Positions 26,703 through 37,784 of a stretch of 64,000 bases of DNA are shown in pieces. The position numbers were made by a program, and so were the translations under genes. The stretch's first letter is position 1. Each line of letters starts with the position of its first letter. The notes below the pieces were generated by a model, which searched no databases, was not told where the DNA came from, and saw only the letters and a program-made list of their open reading frames with translations. Where the stretch lies: the sequence record MK250028.1; one strand, given 5' to 3'.

Positions 26703-27959
26703 TTATTCATAAGAATTTTCATAATCTTTTAATTTTTCTTTCGCATATTCTATAGTTATATGAAATTCTTTTTCATTAGACGCCGGTAAATTATACATTG
26801 CATCATCCATAAGATTCTCTACTATTCCTCTTAACCCCCTAGCGCCTAATTTATTCTTAATGGATAACTTAACTATATAATCATAAACTTCATCATCTAT
26901 TATAAGTTCAATACCATCTAATTTAAACAACTTCTTAAATTGTTTAATAATAGCATTTTTCGGTTCTGTAAGAATTCTCTTCAAATCATCTTCAGTTAAA
27001 GGATTAAGATATGTAATAATAGGAAGTCTACCAATTAATTCAGGAATCAAACCATAATTCTTTAAATCTTCCGCATTTACATATTTAAATATGTTTTCTT
27101 TATTATCAGAAAAATATTTCTTATCCTTTGATACAAATCCTAATGTAGATTTATTAACTCGTCTCTCTATAATTTTATTCAAACCAACAAAAGCACCACC
27201 ACAAATAAATAAAATATTTTTTGTATCAACCTCTACCATTTTAGCATCCGGGTGTTTTCTTCCTCCCTTTGGAGGAACATTTACAACAGAACCTTCAATT
27301 ATTTTAAGTAATGCTTGTTGAACGCCTTCACCTGAAACATCTCTTGTTATAGATGGATTTCCTCCGGATTTCCTTGCAATCTTATCAATCTCATCAAGAA
27401 ATACTATTCCGTGTTCTGCTTTCTTAACATCATAATCACATGCTTGGAGAAGTCTTGTGATTGCAGTCTCAACATCATCACCAACGTATCCTGCTTCGGT
27501 GATAGAATTAGAATCCACTATACTAATTGGTACATCTAACATTTTAGCAATAGACTTAACCAAAAGTGTTTTACCAGTACCAGTGTCTCCCAAAAGTATA
27601 CAGTTACTCTTCTCAATCTCTACATCATCAAATCCTTTTTGTTTAATTCTCTTATAATGATTATAAACTGCAACTGCTAACCTTTGTTTCGCTTTATCCT
27701 GACCAATTACATATTGATCCAAAAATTCTTTAATCTCTGTAGGTTTTTTTACATCATCCTTATGAAAATTATCATCTGGTGGTAAAAACTGTGTATTATG
27801 ATTTACTATACTCAAATTCATATTGTAAATCTGGTCACAACATTCATTACAAATACTTCCATATTCACCATTAAAAAGTAATGCAACTTGGTCTTTCGTC
27901 TTACCACAAAATGAACACTTATTTTCTTTTTTATTTGTATCTTTCTTTTTTTCTGCCAT
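26703..27959 (-). CDS. clpX: ATP-dependent Clp protease ATP-binding subunit ClpX
   Basis: CSFCGK..C..C zinc domain, [18 protein letters not shown]...[17 protein letters not shown] docking loop, GARGL. Confidence 0.97.
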   Translation of the reverse strand: MAEKKKDTNKKENKCSFCGKTKDQVALLFNGEYGSICNECCDQIYNMNLSIVNHNTQFLPPDDNFHKDDVKKPTEIKEFLDQYVIGQDKAKQRLAVAVYNHYKRIKQKGFDDVEIEKSNCILLGDTGTGKTLLVKSIAKMLDVPISIVDSNSITEAGYVGDDVETAITRLLQACDYDVKKAEHGIVFLDEIDKIARKSGGNPSITRDVSGEGVQQALLKIIEGSVVNVPPKGGRKHPDAKMVEVDTKNILFICGGAFVGLNKIIERRVNKSTLGFVSKDKKYFSDNKENIFKYVNAEDLKNYGLIPELIGRLPIITYLNPLTEDDLKRILTEPKNAIIKQFKKLFKLDGIELIIDDEVYDYIVKLSIKNKLGARGLRGIVENLMDDAMYNLPASNEKEFHITIEYAKEKLKDYENSYE

Positions 27960-28062
27960 ATATTAATTAAAACTAAAATCTTAAATAACAACAAATATTA
28001 TATTATATTATTAGGTTATTGTTTACATTTATAAATAATAAAAATAACCGGTTAATTAATAT

Positions 28063-28260
28063 ATGAAAACTATTAAAAAGTCTTCAGTTAAAAATAAAAA
28101 TATAAAAGGTAAAATTGGTTAGGATGGTGGTTATTATGTTGATAATTGTCCAGTCTTAATTCCTAAGGAAAATATTAAGTTTTTCACCGCTATGCAAAAA
28201 GCATGCTCAGTAAATCCTTATGGAAAATATGGTAATGCATGTAATGTTAAATTATTGTGA
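28063..28260 (+). CDS. Small hypothetical protein (65 aa)
   Basis: ATG 28063 to TGA 28258 with one TAG. Confidence 0.55.
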
Positions 28261-28410
28261 TAATAACTAATAAAACATAAAACTCGAAATTTGATACAAT
28301 ATCTCTCCTGCATCGCGTCAAAATCTCTTTACCTTATAGTTATTAGTCTTAATTAAAAATAATGTGATACAGAGAGAATTTTATTAAATAATAATTTTCA
28401 TAAAATAAAA

Positions 28411-28450
28411 AAGAGATTAATAAGTTTTGTTTATTGCTTATTAATCTCTT
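28411..28450 (-). terminator. Intrinsic terminator of the uvsY-tnpB transcript
   Basis: 14-bp stem AAGAGATTAATAAG/CTTATTAATCTCTT with a T-tract on the minus strand, 25 nt past the orphan stop at 28476. Confidence 0.7.
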
Positions 28451-28475
28451 TACTTTTCTATTTAATATAATTTCA

Positions 28476-28529
28476 TTAAAACTTCAAACCATGTATCATT
28501 TCAAAAACCTTAATCTTATTATTTATGCC
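28476..28529 (-). repeat. 54-bp orphan copy of the 3' end of the uvsY-like gene; predicted TnpB guide
   Basis: Encodes GINNKIKVFEMIHGLKF*, identical to 29821-29874, with 5 differences that are all at synonymous third positions. Confidence 0.92.
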
Positions 28530-28678
28530 AATATTTGTGTTTATATACTAATATATAAACAATTATTTCTTGTTTCATAGACACTCTACTTTTTAGTATA
28601 ATCATTAGTAATGATTTAGTCATCCATAGTTGGTATCTCCGCAAGCGTAAATTCGGGTAAATATACACCTATTATATT
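28510..28678 (-). ncRNA. Predicted TnpB omega/reRNA (scaffold + guide); boundaries approximate
   Basis: Directly 3' of tnpB. Contains a vestigial in-frame TnpB-type tail (GVYLPEFTLAEIPTMDD*) and a TGTTTATAT/ATATAAACA hairpin just before the guide. Confidence 0.6.
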
Positions 28679-29812
28679 TTAATAATTTATTTGTTTTAAT
28701 CCTTCTGCTAAAATATTTAATGAAGCATTATAATCTCTATCAATCTCTTTACCACAATGTGGACATATCCATTCTCTCTAACTTAATTTTAAATCTTTAT
28801 AAATATGTCTACAATTATGGCAAGTTTTAGATGAAGGATAGAATCTATTTATTATAACCAGCTATTTTCCATACCATCTACATTTATATTCTAACTATTT
28901 TCTAAATTCAAATAAAGATAACTCTTGAATAGATTTAGCAAGTTTATGATTAGACATCATTCCATTTACATTTAAATCTTCAATACAGATAACTTGATTT
29001 TCATTAACTAGTTTTGAAGTGATTTGATGTAAATATGTATTTCTCTAATTTTTTATTTTCTCATGAACTTTTGCAATTTTAATTCTAACTTTATTCCGAT
29101 TATTACTTCCTTTCTATTTCTTACTTAACAACCTCTATAATTTCTTTAATTTCTTTTCTTGATTTCTATAGAAATGTTTATTTTCATATCTATTTCCATT
29201 AGAATCAACGATAAAATCTTTTATTCCTAAATCTAAACCTATTACGGTATCTAATTTTTCTTTTTGTATAATATTATAATATATTAAAATAAACAAATAA
29301 TATTTTTCTGTAGAAGTTTTAATAAGCGTAATTGAATGTATTTTATTTTGATTATGATTTAAATATATTTCATCTTTTTTAGAACATTTAAATAATATAT
29401 TCTTTAACTATTTAATTAATGTTATCCTATTACCATTAATTTTCTTCTTTTTAAATTTAAATATAGTTCTTGTAAATCTACAACTTTGCTTAATATCTTT
29501 CTTTGATTTGAATTTAGGATAACCATTATGTAATTTAAAGAAATTATCATATGCTTTAATTAAATCCTACATTGATTGCTATAAACACATAGCATATACA
29601 TCATTTAAAAAAGTATATTCATCTTGTTTTTTTAAATTAGTCAAATATTTACCTAATTGTGTCCATGATACAACTTGTTTATTCTACTCATACTATGACT
29701 TCTTATAATCCAATAATTTATTATATATAAGTCTACAACAACCTAACTGTTTAGAAATAAATTCTTTCTAAACATTATCAGGATATATTCGTATTTTAAT
29801 ATATTTTAACAT
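28679..29812 (-). mobile_element. tnpB: IS200/IS605-family TnpB RNA-guided nuclease (377 aa), no transposase
   Basis: KIRIYP..G..R..YN helix, YPKFKSK, RuvC GLDLG / IEDL / RDYNAS, zinc finger SSKTCHNC..WICPHCG; 12 in-frame TAG. Confidence 0.93.
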
Positions 29813-29820
29813 AATATTTT

Positions 29821-30351
29821 TTAAAATTTTAAACCATGTATCATTTCAAAAACTTTAATCTTATTGTTTATACCGTAAATAATATTATCAATAGTTGAGA
29901 TGGTATCTTTCATATATTTACAGAAATTATCCAATAAATCAACTGATTCTTTTTCTGCTGATAACTGAGATTCAATCTGTAAATTAATAGCACTTTCATT
30001 CGTATATCTAATTCCAGATGAACCTGATTTTAAAGCTAAATAAATTCCTGATGCTTTAGACTTATAATCTCTCGTTTGCTTTTGTAATATCTTTGCTGTT
30101 CCATAAAATAAGTCTATTGCTTCTTGTCTCTTTAAATAAACTTCATTCATCAAACCATCAATAGATTTCAAATCTTTCATTCGTTCATTTAAATTCTTAA
30201 TAATATCTGTCCACTTATCTTGAAGATTACTCAATGAATTTTCCAATGAATTTTGTTGTGAATTAACATTATTATTCTGATTAGTTTGTTGAACTTGATT
30301 ATTATCTATAGAATTATTATTTTCTGTTACTACTTCATTTTCTTTATCCAT
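29821..30351 (-). CDS. UvsY-like recombination mediator
   Basis: The helical C-terminus LLDNFCKYMKDTISTIDNIIYGINNKIKVFEM resembles the T4 UvsY C-terminus by eye; no TAG. Confidence 0.5.
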   Translation of the reverse strand: MDKENEVVTENNNSIDNNQVQQTNQNNNVNSQQNSLENSLSNLQDKWTDIIKNLNERMKDLKSIDGLMNEVYLKRQEAIDLFYGTAKILQKQTRDYKSKASGIYLALKSGSSGIRYTNESAINLQIESQLSAEKESVDLLDNFCKYMKDTISTIDNIIYGINNKIKVFEMIHGLKF

Positions 30352-30436
30352 AAATCAAAAGTTTATAATAATACTTTATATATTATATCATTTAATAAAA
30401 ATAAAGTTTTATTCTCAAAAAGAATTTCAATCAATA

Positions 30437-30575
30437 AAAAGAAAGAGTCAAAGAAAAAGTTTTCAAAAAGAAATCATAAATTAAACTTAAATAAAAATTG
30501 ATCCTATAATATTTATCTCTCTAAAAATCTATGTTCAAAAAGAAAGTAGGCAAAGAAAAAGAACCAAAAAGAAAT
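30437..30575 (+). repeat. Two imperfect 38-bp A-rich direct repeats, about 100 bp apart
   Basis: AAAAGAAAGAGTCAAAGAAAAAGTTTTCAAAAAGAAAT and AAAAGAAAGTAGGCAAAGAAAAAGAACCAAAAAGAAAT. Confidence 0.6.
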
Positions 30576-30702
30576 TAATTTTTCAAATCTAAATTTAATT
30601 TTCTTTATTTAATTTCTTAAATATCTATCATTACCTTAATATCTTAATATTAATTATACTTCACTTTTCAAAAAAAGTCTACTTTTTGTTTAAATATTTT
30701 TA

Positions 30703-30993
30703 NNNNNNNNNNNNNNNNNNNNNNNNNNNNNNNNNNNNNNNNNNNNNNNNNNNNNNNNNNNNNNNNNNNNNNNNNNNNNNNNNNNNNNNNNNNNNNNNNN
30801 NNNNNNNNNNNNNNNNNNNNNNNNNNNNNNNNNNNNNNNNNNNNNNNNNNNNNNNNNNNNNNNNNNNNNNNNNNNNNNNNNNNNNNNNNNNNNNNNNNNN
30901 NNNNNNNNNNNNNNNNNNNNNNNNNNNNNNNNNNNNNNNNNNNNNNNNNNNNNNNNNNNNNNNNNNNNNNNNNNNNNNNNNNNNNNNNNNNNN
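30703..30993. other. Assembly gap (291 N)
   Basis: Run of N. Confidence 1.
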
Positions 30994-31020
30994 TTAATTG
31001 AAACTAAATAATTTAGATAT

Positions 31021-31791
31021 ATGGCAGATAGTAAAAATAATACAAAAAAGGTAAAAACTGGTGTAGTTGAGTCTATTGATGATCCAACATGTTCAGGAAG
31101 AGTAAAAGTTAGGGTTGCAGGTTTACATGATAACATATCAACAGAGAATTTACCATGGTGTAATTACGCGGGAAGTGGTATGTTTTCAGGTTCAGGTGGT
31201 GGATAGATTTCTATACCACGTGTAGGAACAAAGGTAAGAGTTAGATTTGCATAGGATGATGTAAACTCCATGGAATGGTATGGAACAAATACATTGGACA
31301 GAAAACTTTCAGAGGAATTGGCGTCTGATTATGCAGGTTCATAGGTTCTTCTTTATGACTCGGAATATGATTTGTCTATTAAGTTTCAACCAGGTTCTGG
31401 TTTAGCTTTATATTATAAAGGTTCTTATATGTAGATGACACCTGATAATACTATAACTATTCATTATGGTCCTGACGAGACAACAGGTGTACAAATATAG
31501 TTAACAGACGGTAAGGTTTATATATAGGCACCATAGTAGATTAATATAACATCAGGTAATGAAGTTAATATAGAGGGAAAGGTTATAACATTAAATGGAA
31601 CATCTGCTGTCCGTATAAAAGGAACAACACCTAATACATGCGCTGTTAATGCTACACAACTTATGACATTGTTATAGACGATGGCAGCTAATATCGATAC
31701 AAAATTAGGTTAGTCAAAATCTGGTATATGTGCCGCTACTGTTTCAGGTTCTAAGGAAAAAATAATGAATCAACATATCCTTTATATTTAA
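31021..31791 (+). CDS. Baseplate hub/spike protein, T4 gp5/VgrG-like OB-fold (256 aa)
   Basis: GVVESIDDP..SGRVKVRVAGLH..ENLPW..IPRVGTKVRVRF; open through TAGs to TAA 31789. Confidence 0.8.
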
Positions 31792-31968
31792 TAATAATGT
31801 ACGCGCGTTATAACGTGTTTAAATAAGTATTTTCATTCGTTACAGTATAGATGTATTGGTTGAGAAAAAAGTTGAAAATTTTGCGAGTTTTCTTATGTTT
31901 TTCTTAAGAATTTTGAAGAAAAATTGAAGTTTTTCTTAGAAATATTTTTTATTTCAAAAAATTGTGTG

Positions 31969-31976
31969 TATTTTTG
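31969..31976 (+). promoter_or_regulatory. Bacteroidota sigma-A -7 element
   Basis: TTGTGTG-TATTTTTG-TAATAAC, 50 bp upstream of ATG 32026. Confidence 0.65.
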
Positions 31977-32025
31977 TAATAACAAATAAAATAACAAAGT
32001 AACAAACAATTAAAAAATAAAAATT

Positions 32026-32682
32026 ATGGATATTATTGATATTTTCAACGGTACAAGTAGTTCTTCAATTAAGATAGAGAATGATGTAAGAAATATGTTC
32101 ATTTCTCTTAATAATAAGAACACCACATATAATTTGGGTTATAAGGGTATTCAGCAGTTTTTGTTTACTACTCTTTGTAATGTATTGAAGAAACATTTTT
32201 CATATAATGAGCTATATTCATTTTTGAAGACTTATGATATTCAATCATCGGAGAAGTTGACAGATGCTATTATAGATAATATGGATTATCTTACTGCTGT
32301 TGTGAAGTTGGATCTTCATAATTTTACATATACAAAGAAGATGACAAGTCGTGAGCGTTTAGCAAAAGAAATCTTTGATTCATATGATGGACATGGAGAA
32401 AATCCTTATAAGGATGAAGTTGATAAAGATAAGAAAGAGAATATTCTTGTTGTTCGTACACATTATGGAACTCATAAGCCATTAATGTATACATTTGATG
32501 GCGAACTTACAGAAGATAAACGTCATCAGATTCGTATGATGTATTATTATGAGACAAAATGTAACTATTTTGAAACTCGTGATATTCTTTATTCTAATTG
32601 GATTAATCTTCCTGAAGAGTATCAAATGGCATCGGCACCTTATGAAGAAGAAATTGAAGAACTTCATTTTAAGGTTAAATAA
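32026..32682 (+). CDS. Hypothetical early protein
   Basis: Intact TAG-free ORF behind a host-type promoter. Confidence 0.8.
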   Translation: MDIIDIFNGTSSSSIKIENDVRNMFISLNNKNTTYNLGYKGIQQFLFTTLCNVLKKHFSYNELYSFLKTYDIQSSEKLTDAIIDNMDYLTAVVKLDLHNFTYTKKMTSRERLAKEIFDSYDGHGENPYKDEVDKDKKENILVVRTHYGTHKPLMYTFDGELTEDKRHQIRMMYYYETKCNYFETRDILYSNWINLPEEYQMASAPYEEEIEELHFKVK

Positions 32683-32776
32683 TAAAATACATAATTTTCA
32701 TATTTTTAAATTTTTAATTTTTAGACAAAGTGAAACGTTTGAAGTATAAATATTTCAAACGTTTCTTTTTTATTTT

Positions 32777-33298
32777 ATGAACAATAGAAAATATCTTAAA
32801 TATGTAATTGATGAAGTTGTATTCAGAGAGTTTCCAGATGAAGTTACTCTTGCATTAAATATATCAGGCTGTCCAAATCATTGTATAGGTTGTCATTCAT
32901 CTTATCTTGCAGATGATATAGGTGAAGAATTAACAGAAGATGTATTGGATAAACTTATAGATAAGAATAAAGGAATTACATGTGTAGGATTTATGGGCGG
33001 TGATAATAATCCTCAGGAAGTTGTTAGATTATCTATGTATGTGAAAGATAAATATCCAAATTTACATACAGGGTGGTATTCGGGAAGAGAAGTATTTCCA
33101 CTTCATCATGGTACATTTGATTATATTAAATTAGGTCCGTGGAAAGAAGAATGCGGACCATTAACATCAGAAACAACAAATCAAATCATGTATCAGAAGG
33201 TAGATGGAGGAATTGATAATCCTACGTTTATGGATATAACAAAGAAAGCATTTAGATCTCATAAACCTTGGGAAACTGAATCATTAAATGATGATTAA
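32777..33298 (+). CDS. nrdG: Anaerobic ribonucleotide reductase activating protein (radical SAM)
   Basis: VFREFPDEVTLALNISGCPNHCIGCHS (CxxxCxxC), DYIKLGPW, TTNQ. Confidence 0.9.
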   Translation: MNNRKYLKYVIDEVVFREFPDEVTLALNISGCPNHCIGCHSSYLADDIGEELTEDVLDKLIDKNKGITCVGFMGGDNNPQEVVRLSMYVKDKYPNLHTGWYSGREVFPLHHGTFDYIKLGPWKEECGPLTSETTNQIMYQKVDGGIDNPTFMDITKKAFRSHKPWETESLNDD

Positions 33299-33543
33299 TG
33301 TAAATTTTGGAACAAAATGATACAATTTAACAGATCTAGATCAGAAAATGTTATAATTTTATGTTATAAAGCATATTTTTTGAAAACAATTAGATAAATA
33401 AAATGTAAGATAGTTATAAATTGATTAGTTAAAGTAAATTATAATATAAAAAGAAATTAAAATACGGTTTTCACAAACAGTATCTTAACGATGGTTATGT
33501 TATAAAGATAGTTAAAATTAAAAATAAATTTACGTTAAAGATT

Positions 33544-33648
33544 ATGAAAACAATTATTAATGCAGTTAAATATGCATGGAATGCATATTGCAATGGAAGC
33601 TACATTATGAATAAATCCGTTTATGAAGCTGGACTTATTCCAATGTAA
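33544..33648 (+). CDS. Small peptide (34 aa) MKTIINAVKYAWNAYCNGSYIMNKSVYEAGLIPM
   Basis: ATG to TAA; paralogous to 33720..33854 and preceded by the same leader (TTACGTTA(A/G)AGATT-ATG). Confidence 0.7.
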   Translation: MKTIINAVKYAWNAYCNGSYIMNKSVYEAGLIPM

Positions 33649-33719
33649 TTTTCAAAATTTGATAGTTAAAAATTAGATGGTTAAAAAGAAGTTTTAAAAT
33701 TAAAGTTACGTTAGAGATT

Positions 33720-33854
33720 ATGAGTAAAATTATTAGTTTATTGAAGCGTGCTGGTAAAGCATACTGTAATGCATATGCTGAAGCAAATACTATTAAGATG
33801 GGTGATGGTACTGTTGCCTATATTGGTACTAGCGGAATGGTATATGTAGCTTAA
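33720..33854 (+). CDS. Small peptide (44 aa) MSKIISLLKRAGKAYCNAYAEANTIKMGDGTVAYIGTSGMVYVA
   Basis: Shares the II...K.A..AYCN motif and leader with the 34-aa peptide; followed by a CATCAAATGGC/GCCATTTGAT hairpin. Confidence 0.7.
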   Translation: MSKIISLLKRAGKAYCNAYAEANTIKMGDGTVAYIGTSGMVYVA

Positions 33855-34174
33855 CCAAAGTTAAGTTTAATTAGATGAAGTATGAAATTATTAACACACA
33901 TCAAATGGCAATACGGCCATTTGATTTTGATTGTAATGGATAATAAATAATGTAAATTGTTAATGTGTTAATATTATGTATTCATCTTTATTTTTAGAAA
34001 CAATGGCAATCCTAAAAGGATATATTTATAATAAACAAGATATGATTTAGAATTACTATGATCATATTAATGTCAATCAAAAAGAGGAAATAGTTTTAAC
34101 AAAAATTAAACTATTTCCTCTTTTTCTTATATAATAATTAATAACTATTTTTTAGAAACATAAATTATTCTTAA

Positions 34175-35293
34175 ATGACAACAACAAAGAAAACAATATA
34201 GATAAAGGCAAATAAATGTTTATTCTTAGCAGATATTCACTTAGGTGTTAGATCTGCATCAGAAGAATGGCAAGAAAATATATCATCTTATTTTTATAAT
34301 TGGTTTATTCCTTATGTTAAATCATTAATAGCAAATGACCCTAATTATTTTTTAGCAGTATTGGGAGATGTTTATGATGATAGAAAATCTATCGATATTA
34401 ATGTAAATGATTTAACTATTGATATATTTGAAGATTTAGGTAAATTATTACCTGTTTATATTATCAATGGAAATCATGATTTATCTAAGAGAACGAATAA
34501 AGGTAATACATCATTAAGAAGTTTGGAAAATATTCCTAATGTTACAGTTATAAAAGAGCCGACACTTATTAAGATTAAACCATCAACTAAAATATTATCA
34601 AATATCATTGCGATACCTTATTTAGGTTCACATGAAGAAGAAAACAAAGTATTGCTAGATTATTCAGGAAAAGCTAATTACGCATGGATGCATACTGATA
34701 TTTCACAAATGAAATTTGATAATGGCATGACAATTATAGGTGCAGTTGATTCAAATATATTTAAAGGACGAATCTTTTCAGGACATATACATAAACGTCA
34801 AGAATTAGGAAATGTTATTTATGTAGGCTCGCCTTATCAATTAAGAAGATCAGATATAGGAAATACTAAAGGAATTTATAAATTAGATTTTTCCAATAAT
34901 GAATTATCATTTGAAGAAAATGCTTATAGTCCAATATTTCATAAAATAAAAGTTGAAGATTTTTTAAAGTTATCAGTAAAAGAAAGAGATGAATTTCTTG
35001 ATAATAATTATAATGATATTATTATAGAAGAATCAGATTTAAGAAAATATAAGTCAGGAACTATTTATGACATGGCAAATCTCTCTAATGCAAAGAGAGT
35101 TCAGATTATAGTTAATAAGTCACATCATGATTTAGATAATATAGATGATGAAGAATATAAAGAGTTGTCTATTGAAGAACTTATAAATGAATCAATATCA
35201 CAATTGGATGTTGATGATGATACTAAAGAAAGATTGAAGAATATAAGTAGAGAAAGACTTAAACAAGCAGAAAATGAGATGAATGAAGTTTAA
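34175..35293 (+). CDS. Recombination endonuclease subunit, T4 gp47/SbcD/Mre11-like
   Basis: LADIHLG, LGDVYD, GNHD, MHTD, SGHIH, YVGSPYQ; one TAG at codon 9. Confidence 0.92.
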
Positions 35294-35382
35294 CATAATA
35301 AATAAATTAATTATTATAAAGGATATAGCATTTATTTGTTATATCCTTTAATTATAATTAAAAAAGTTAAACAAATAATTAT

Positions 35383-35580
35383 ATGGATAATATAATATTC
35401 ATAGTAGTATATGTTTTAATAGGATTAATAACATATGGATATTTTTTATATATAACAAAAGATAATGAAAATATAGATAGAAAATATAAGATAAAAATGT
35501 TTATTATTTCATTAATTGCGAGTCCATTGATGATCCTGTTTGAATTATTTCTTTTACTATTAAATAGATATGATTACTAA
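35383..35580 (+). CDS. Small membrane protein
   Basis: Two hydrophobic segments. Confidence 0.6.
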   Translation: MDNIIFIVVYVLIGLITYGYFLYITKDNENIDRKYKIKMFIISLIASPLMILFELFLLLLNRYDY

Positions 35581-35583
35581 AAT

Positions 35584-37260
35584 ATGAAGATAGAAAAAAT
35601 TGAATTTCGTAATTTATTTTCTTATGGTGAGTAGGTATAGGAAATTAATTATGATGATACAGGAAAGTTAATCCTATTGAAGGGACAAAGTGGCGCTGGA
35701 AAGTCAGCCATTCTTTCATTACCATGTTTATTGTTATATGGAAAGTTGGAGAAGGTTCCAAAGACTTCTATAGCAAACCGCATTAATAAGAATGGTTGGA
35801 TGCGAGGAACAATTAAGCAAGGTTAGCATACTTATGTAATAGAAAGAAAATTTTCACCCAATGGTGTAACTGTTTTTAAAGATAATGAGAATATAGAGAA
35901 TTACGGTACAAAAGATGCATAGTCATTTATTGATTCTGAAATTATCGATATTCCTCAAGCAACTTATTCAAATATGATTTCTATATCTATGAAATCGTTT
36001 AAGTCATTCCTTAAAATGTCACCAGCAGATCGAAAACAAATCATTGATAGAGTTTTTGATTTGGAAATTATTAATGTTGTTTTTGAGAATCTTAAGAAAG
36101 ATATGAGAGATTTAGGTTCATCTATTAACGCTGATAATTCTACCATATTCTCTTTAAATTAGACTATTCAAAACGCTAATAATGAGTTAATTCAAATTCA
36201 GTAGAAAGTATAGTCAAAAGAAAATCAAGATAAGATATAGGAAAATAATTTAATGATAGAAGAAAATAATAAGAAATTAAAAACATTAAATGATGGATAT
36301 AACCAATATGTTTAGAAACAATAGGAAATATCAAATCAATTTAATGTTATTAAGAATAAGCAAATTGAAAATTCTGTTAATATAAGATAGATTCAAGAGA
36401 AGATAAATCTATTTAAATAGGAAAAGTGTCCAACATGTGGATGTTCATTTTCATCTGAATAGTTTAATGAATTAAGAGAAAACCTTAATAAGTTAATGCA
36501 AGATAAAATGAATATTGATACTACATTACAAGGATAGATGAAGACACTTACTGATAATAGTAAAGTTGTTACAGATTATCTTAATAAAATTACGTCTGCT
36601 GTATCAAAAATTAATTAGAGTATAAATACACTTAATTCCGAAAATCTTGTGATACAAGAGAAATTAAAGTCTAATTCTGAATATAAAGCTGTATAGAATA
36701 TTATAAAGAAAACAACAGATCAACTTAATGTAATTAAGAAAAGTATTGAAGATAAAAATCAATAGATGTTGGATTTATAGAATTTATCATTGGTTTATTC
36801 TATAGATGGTGTAAAGCAAAAGGTAATTAATAATTATCTTCCTTTATTAAATAAAGAGATAGAAGATAATCTTATATTATTAAATGTTCCTTATGGATTA
36901 GAATTTGATAGTAAGTTTGACCCACATCTTAAAGACTTGGGAAATGAATTGGATCCGGTTACATTAAGTGATGGTGAGATGACACGTGTAGATATTGTTG
37001 TATTATGTAGTTTGTTTAAGTTACTTAAGCGCAGATACCCATCTATTAATACATTTACGTTAGATGAAGTAATATCTACATTGGATAACTCAAATTCTGG
37101 AGCTGTATTGGAATTCCTTAAGAATTTTGCAAAAGACAATAAGTTGAATTGCTTTGTTGTTTCACACACTGATTTATACCTTGAGAATTTTGATGAGATA
37201 ATAGAAGTAGAGAAACATAATGGGTTTTCTAGATTTTCTGTTATGTTAACTTCACAATAA
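35584..37260 (+). CDS. Recombination ATPase subunit, T4 gp46/SbcC/Rad50-like (558 aa)
   Basis: FRNLFSYG, GQSGAGKS, CPTCG hook, LSDGE, LDEV; 18 in-frame TAG. Confidence 0.92.
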
Positions 37261-37355
37261 AATAAAAATGTGAAAAGAATAATTACTATAAGTTATTCTT
37301 TTCACATTAATTATTTTTTAACAGAAAACATATAATTTGTTAAATATATTTTCTA

Positions 37356-37784
37356 TCATCTATCATATTTTCCACCAAAAATTTTTGACATATATTCACA
37401 TAAACTTGCATATAAATCTGCATTTGGTAATTTTACTTGTTTATATGTAAAGAAATAATATTCATTTTTTTCTACTAATATATTATTTAATTTTCTTAAA
37501 AAATTAATATTAGTATCAGGTGAAACTGTTATTACCCATGCGGTAAATTCATCAAAGTAATATACTCCTTTTATTGCATGATTTCTTAAAAATTCCTCAT
37601 ATTCTTCAAATGTATTATTTGAAATTAAATATATATAATCGCCTTTACTTGTTTCTTTGCATAAATATGTTGCTTCGTTCTCATCATCTTCATCAACATA
37701 ATCTTCATTAAGTTTTCCTTTTACTGTTTTAGAAATACTTTTCATTATTGACTCATAAAGTCTTTTCTTTTGTATTTTATCCAT
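37356..37784 (-). CDS. Hypothetical protein with LYES...LNE N-terminal leader
   Basis: MDKIQKKRLYESIMKSISKTVKGKLNEDYVDEDD; ends in TGA. Confidence 0.75.
   Translation of the reverse strand: MDKIQKKRLYESIMKSISKTVKGKLNEDYVDEDDENEATYLCKETSKGDYIYLISNNTFEEYEEFLRNHAIKGVYYFDEFTAWVITVSPDTNINFLRKLNNILVEKNEYYFFTYKQVKLPNADLYASLCEYMSKIFGGKYDR

Noticed and set aside
28303-28377. Long imperfect hairpin as a small RNA
   Set aside because: A single stem after a stop codon; cannot be told apart from a terminator or stabiliser.
28476-29874. Ordinary target-site duplication of an IS
   Set aside because: 54 bp is far too long, IS200/605 elements make none, and the differences are confined to synonymous sites, which a neutral duplicate would not show.
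30686-31136. ORFs spanning the N run
   Set aside because: Artefacts of the assembly gap.
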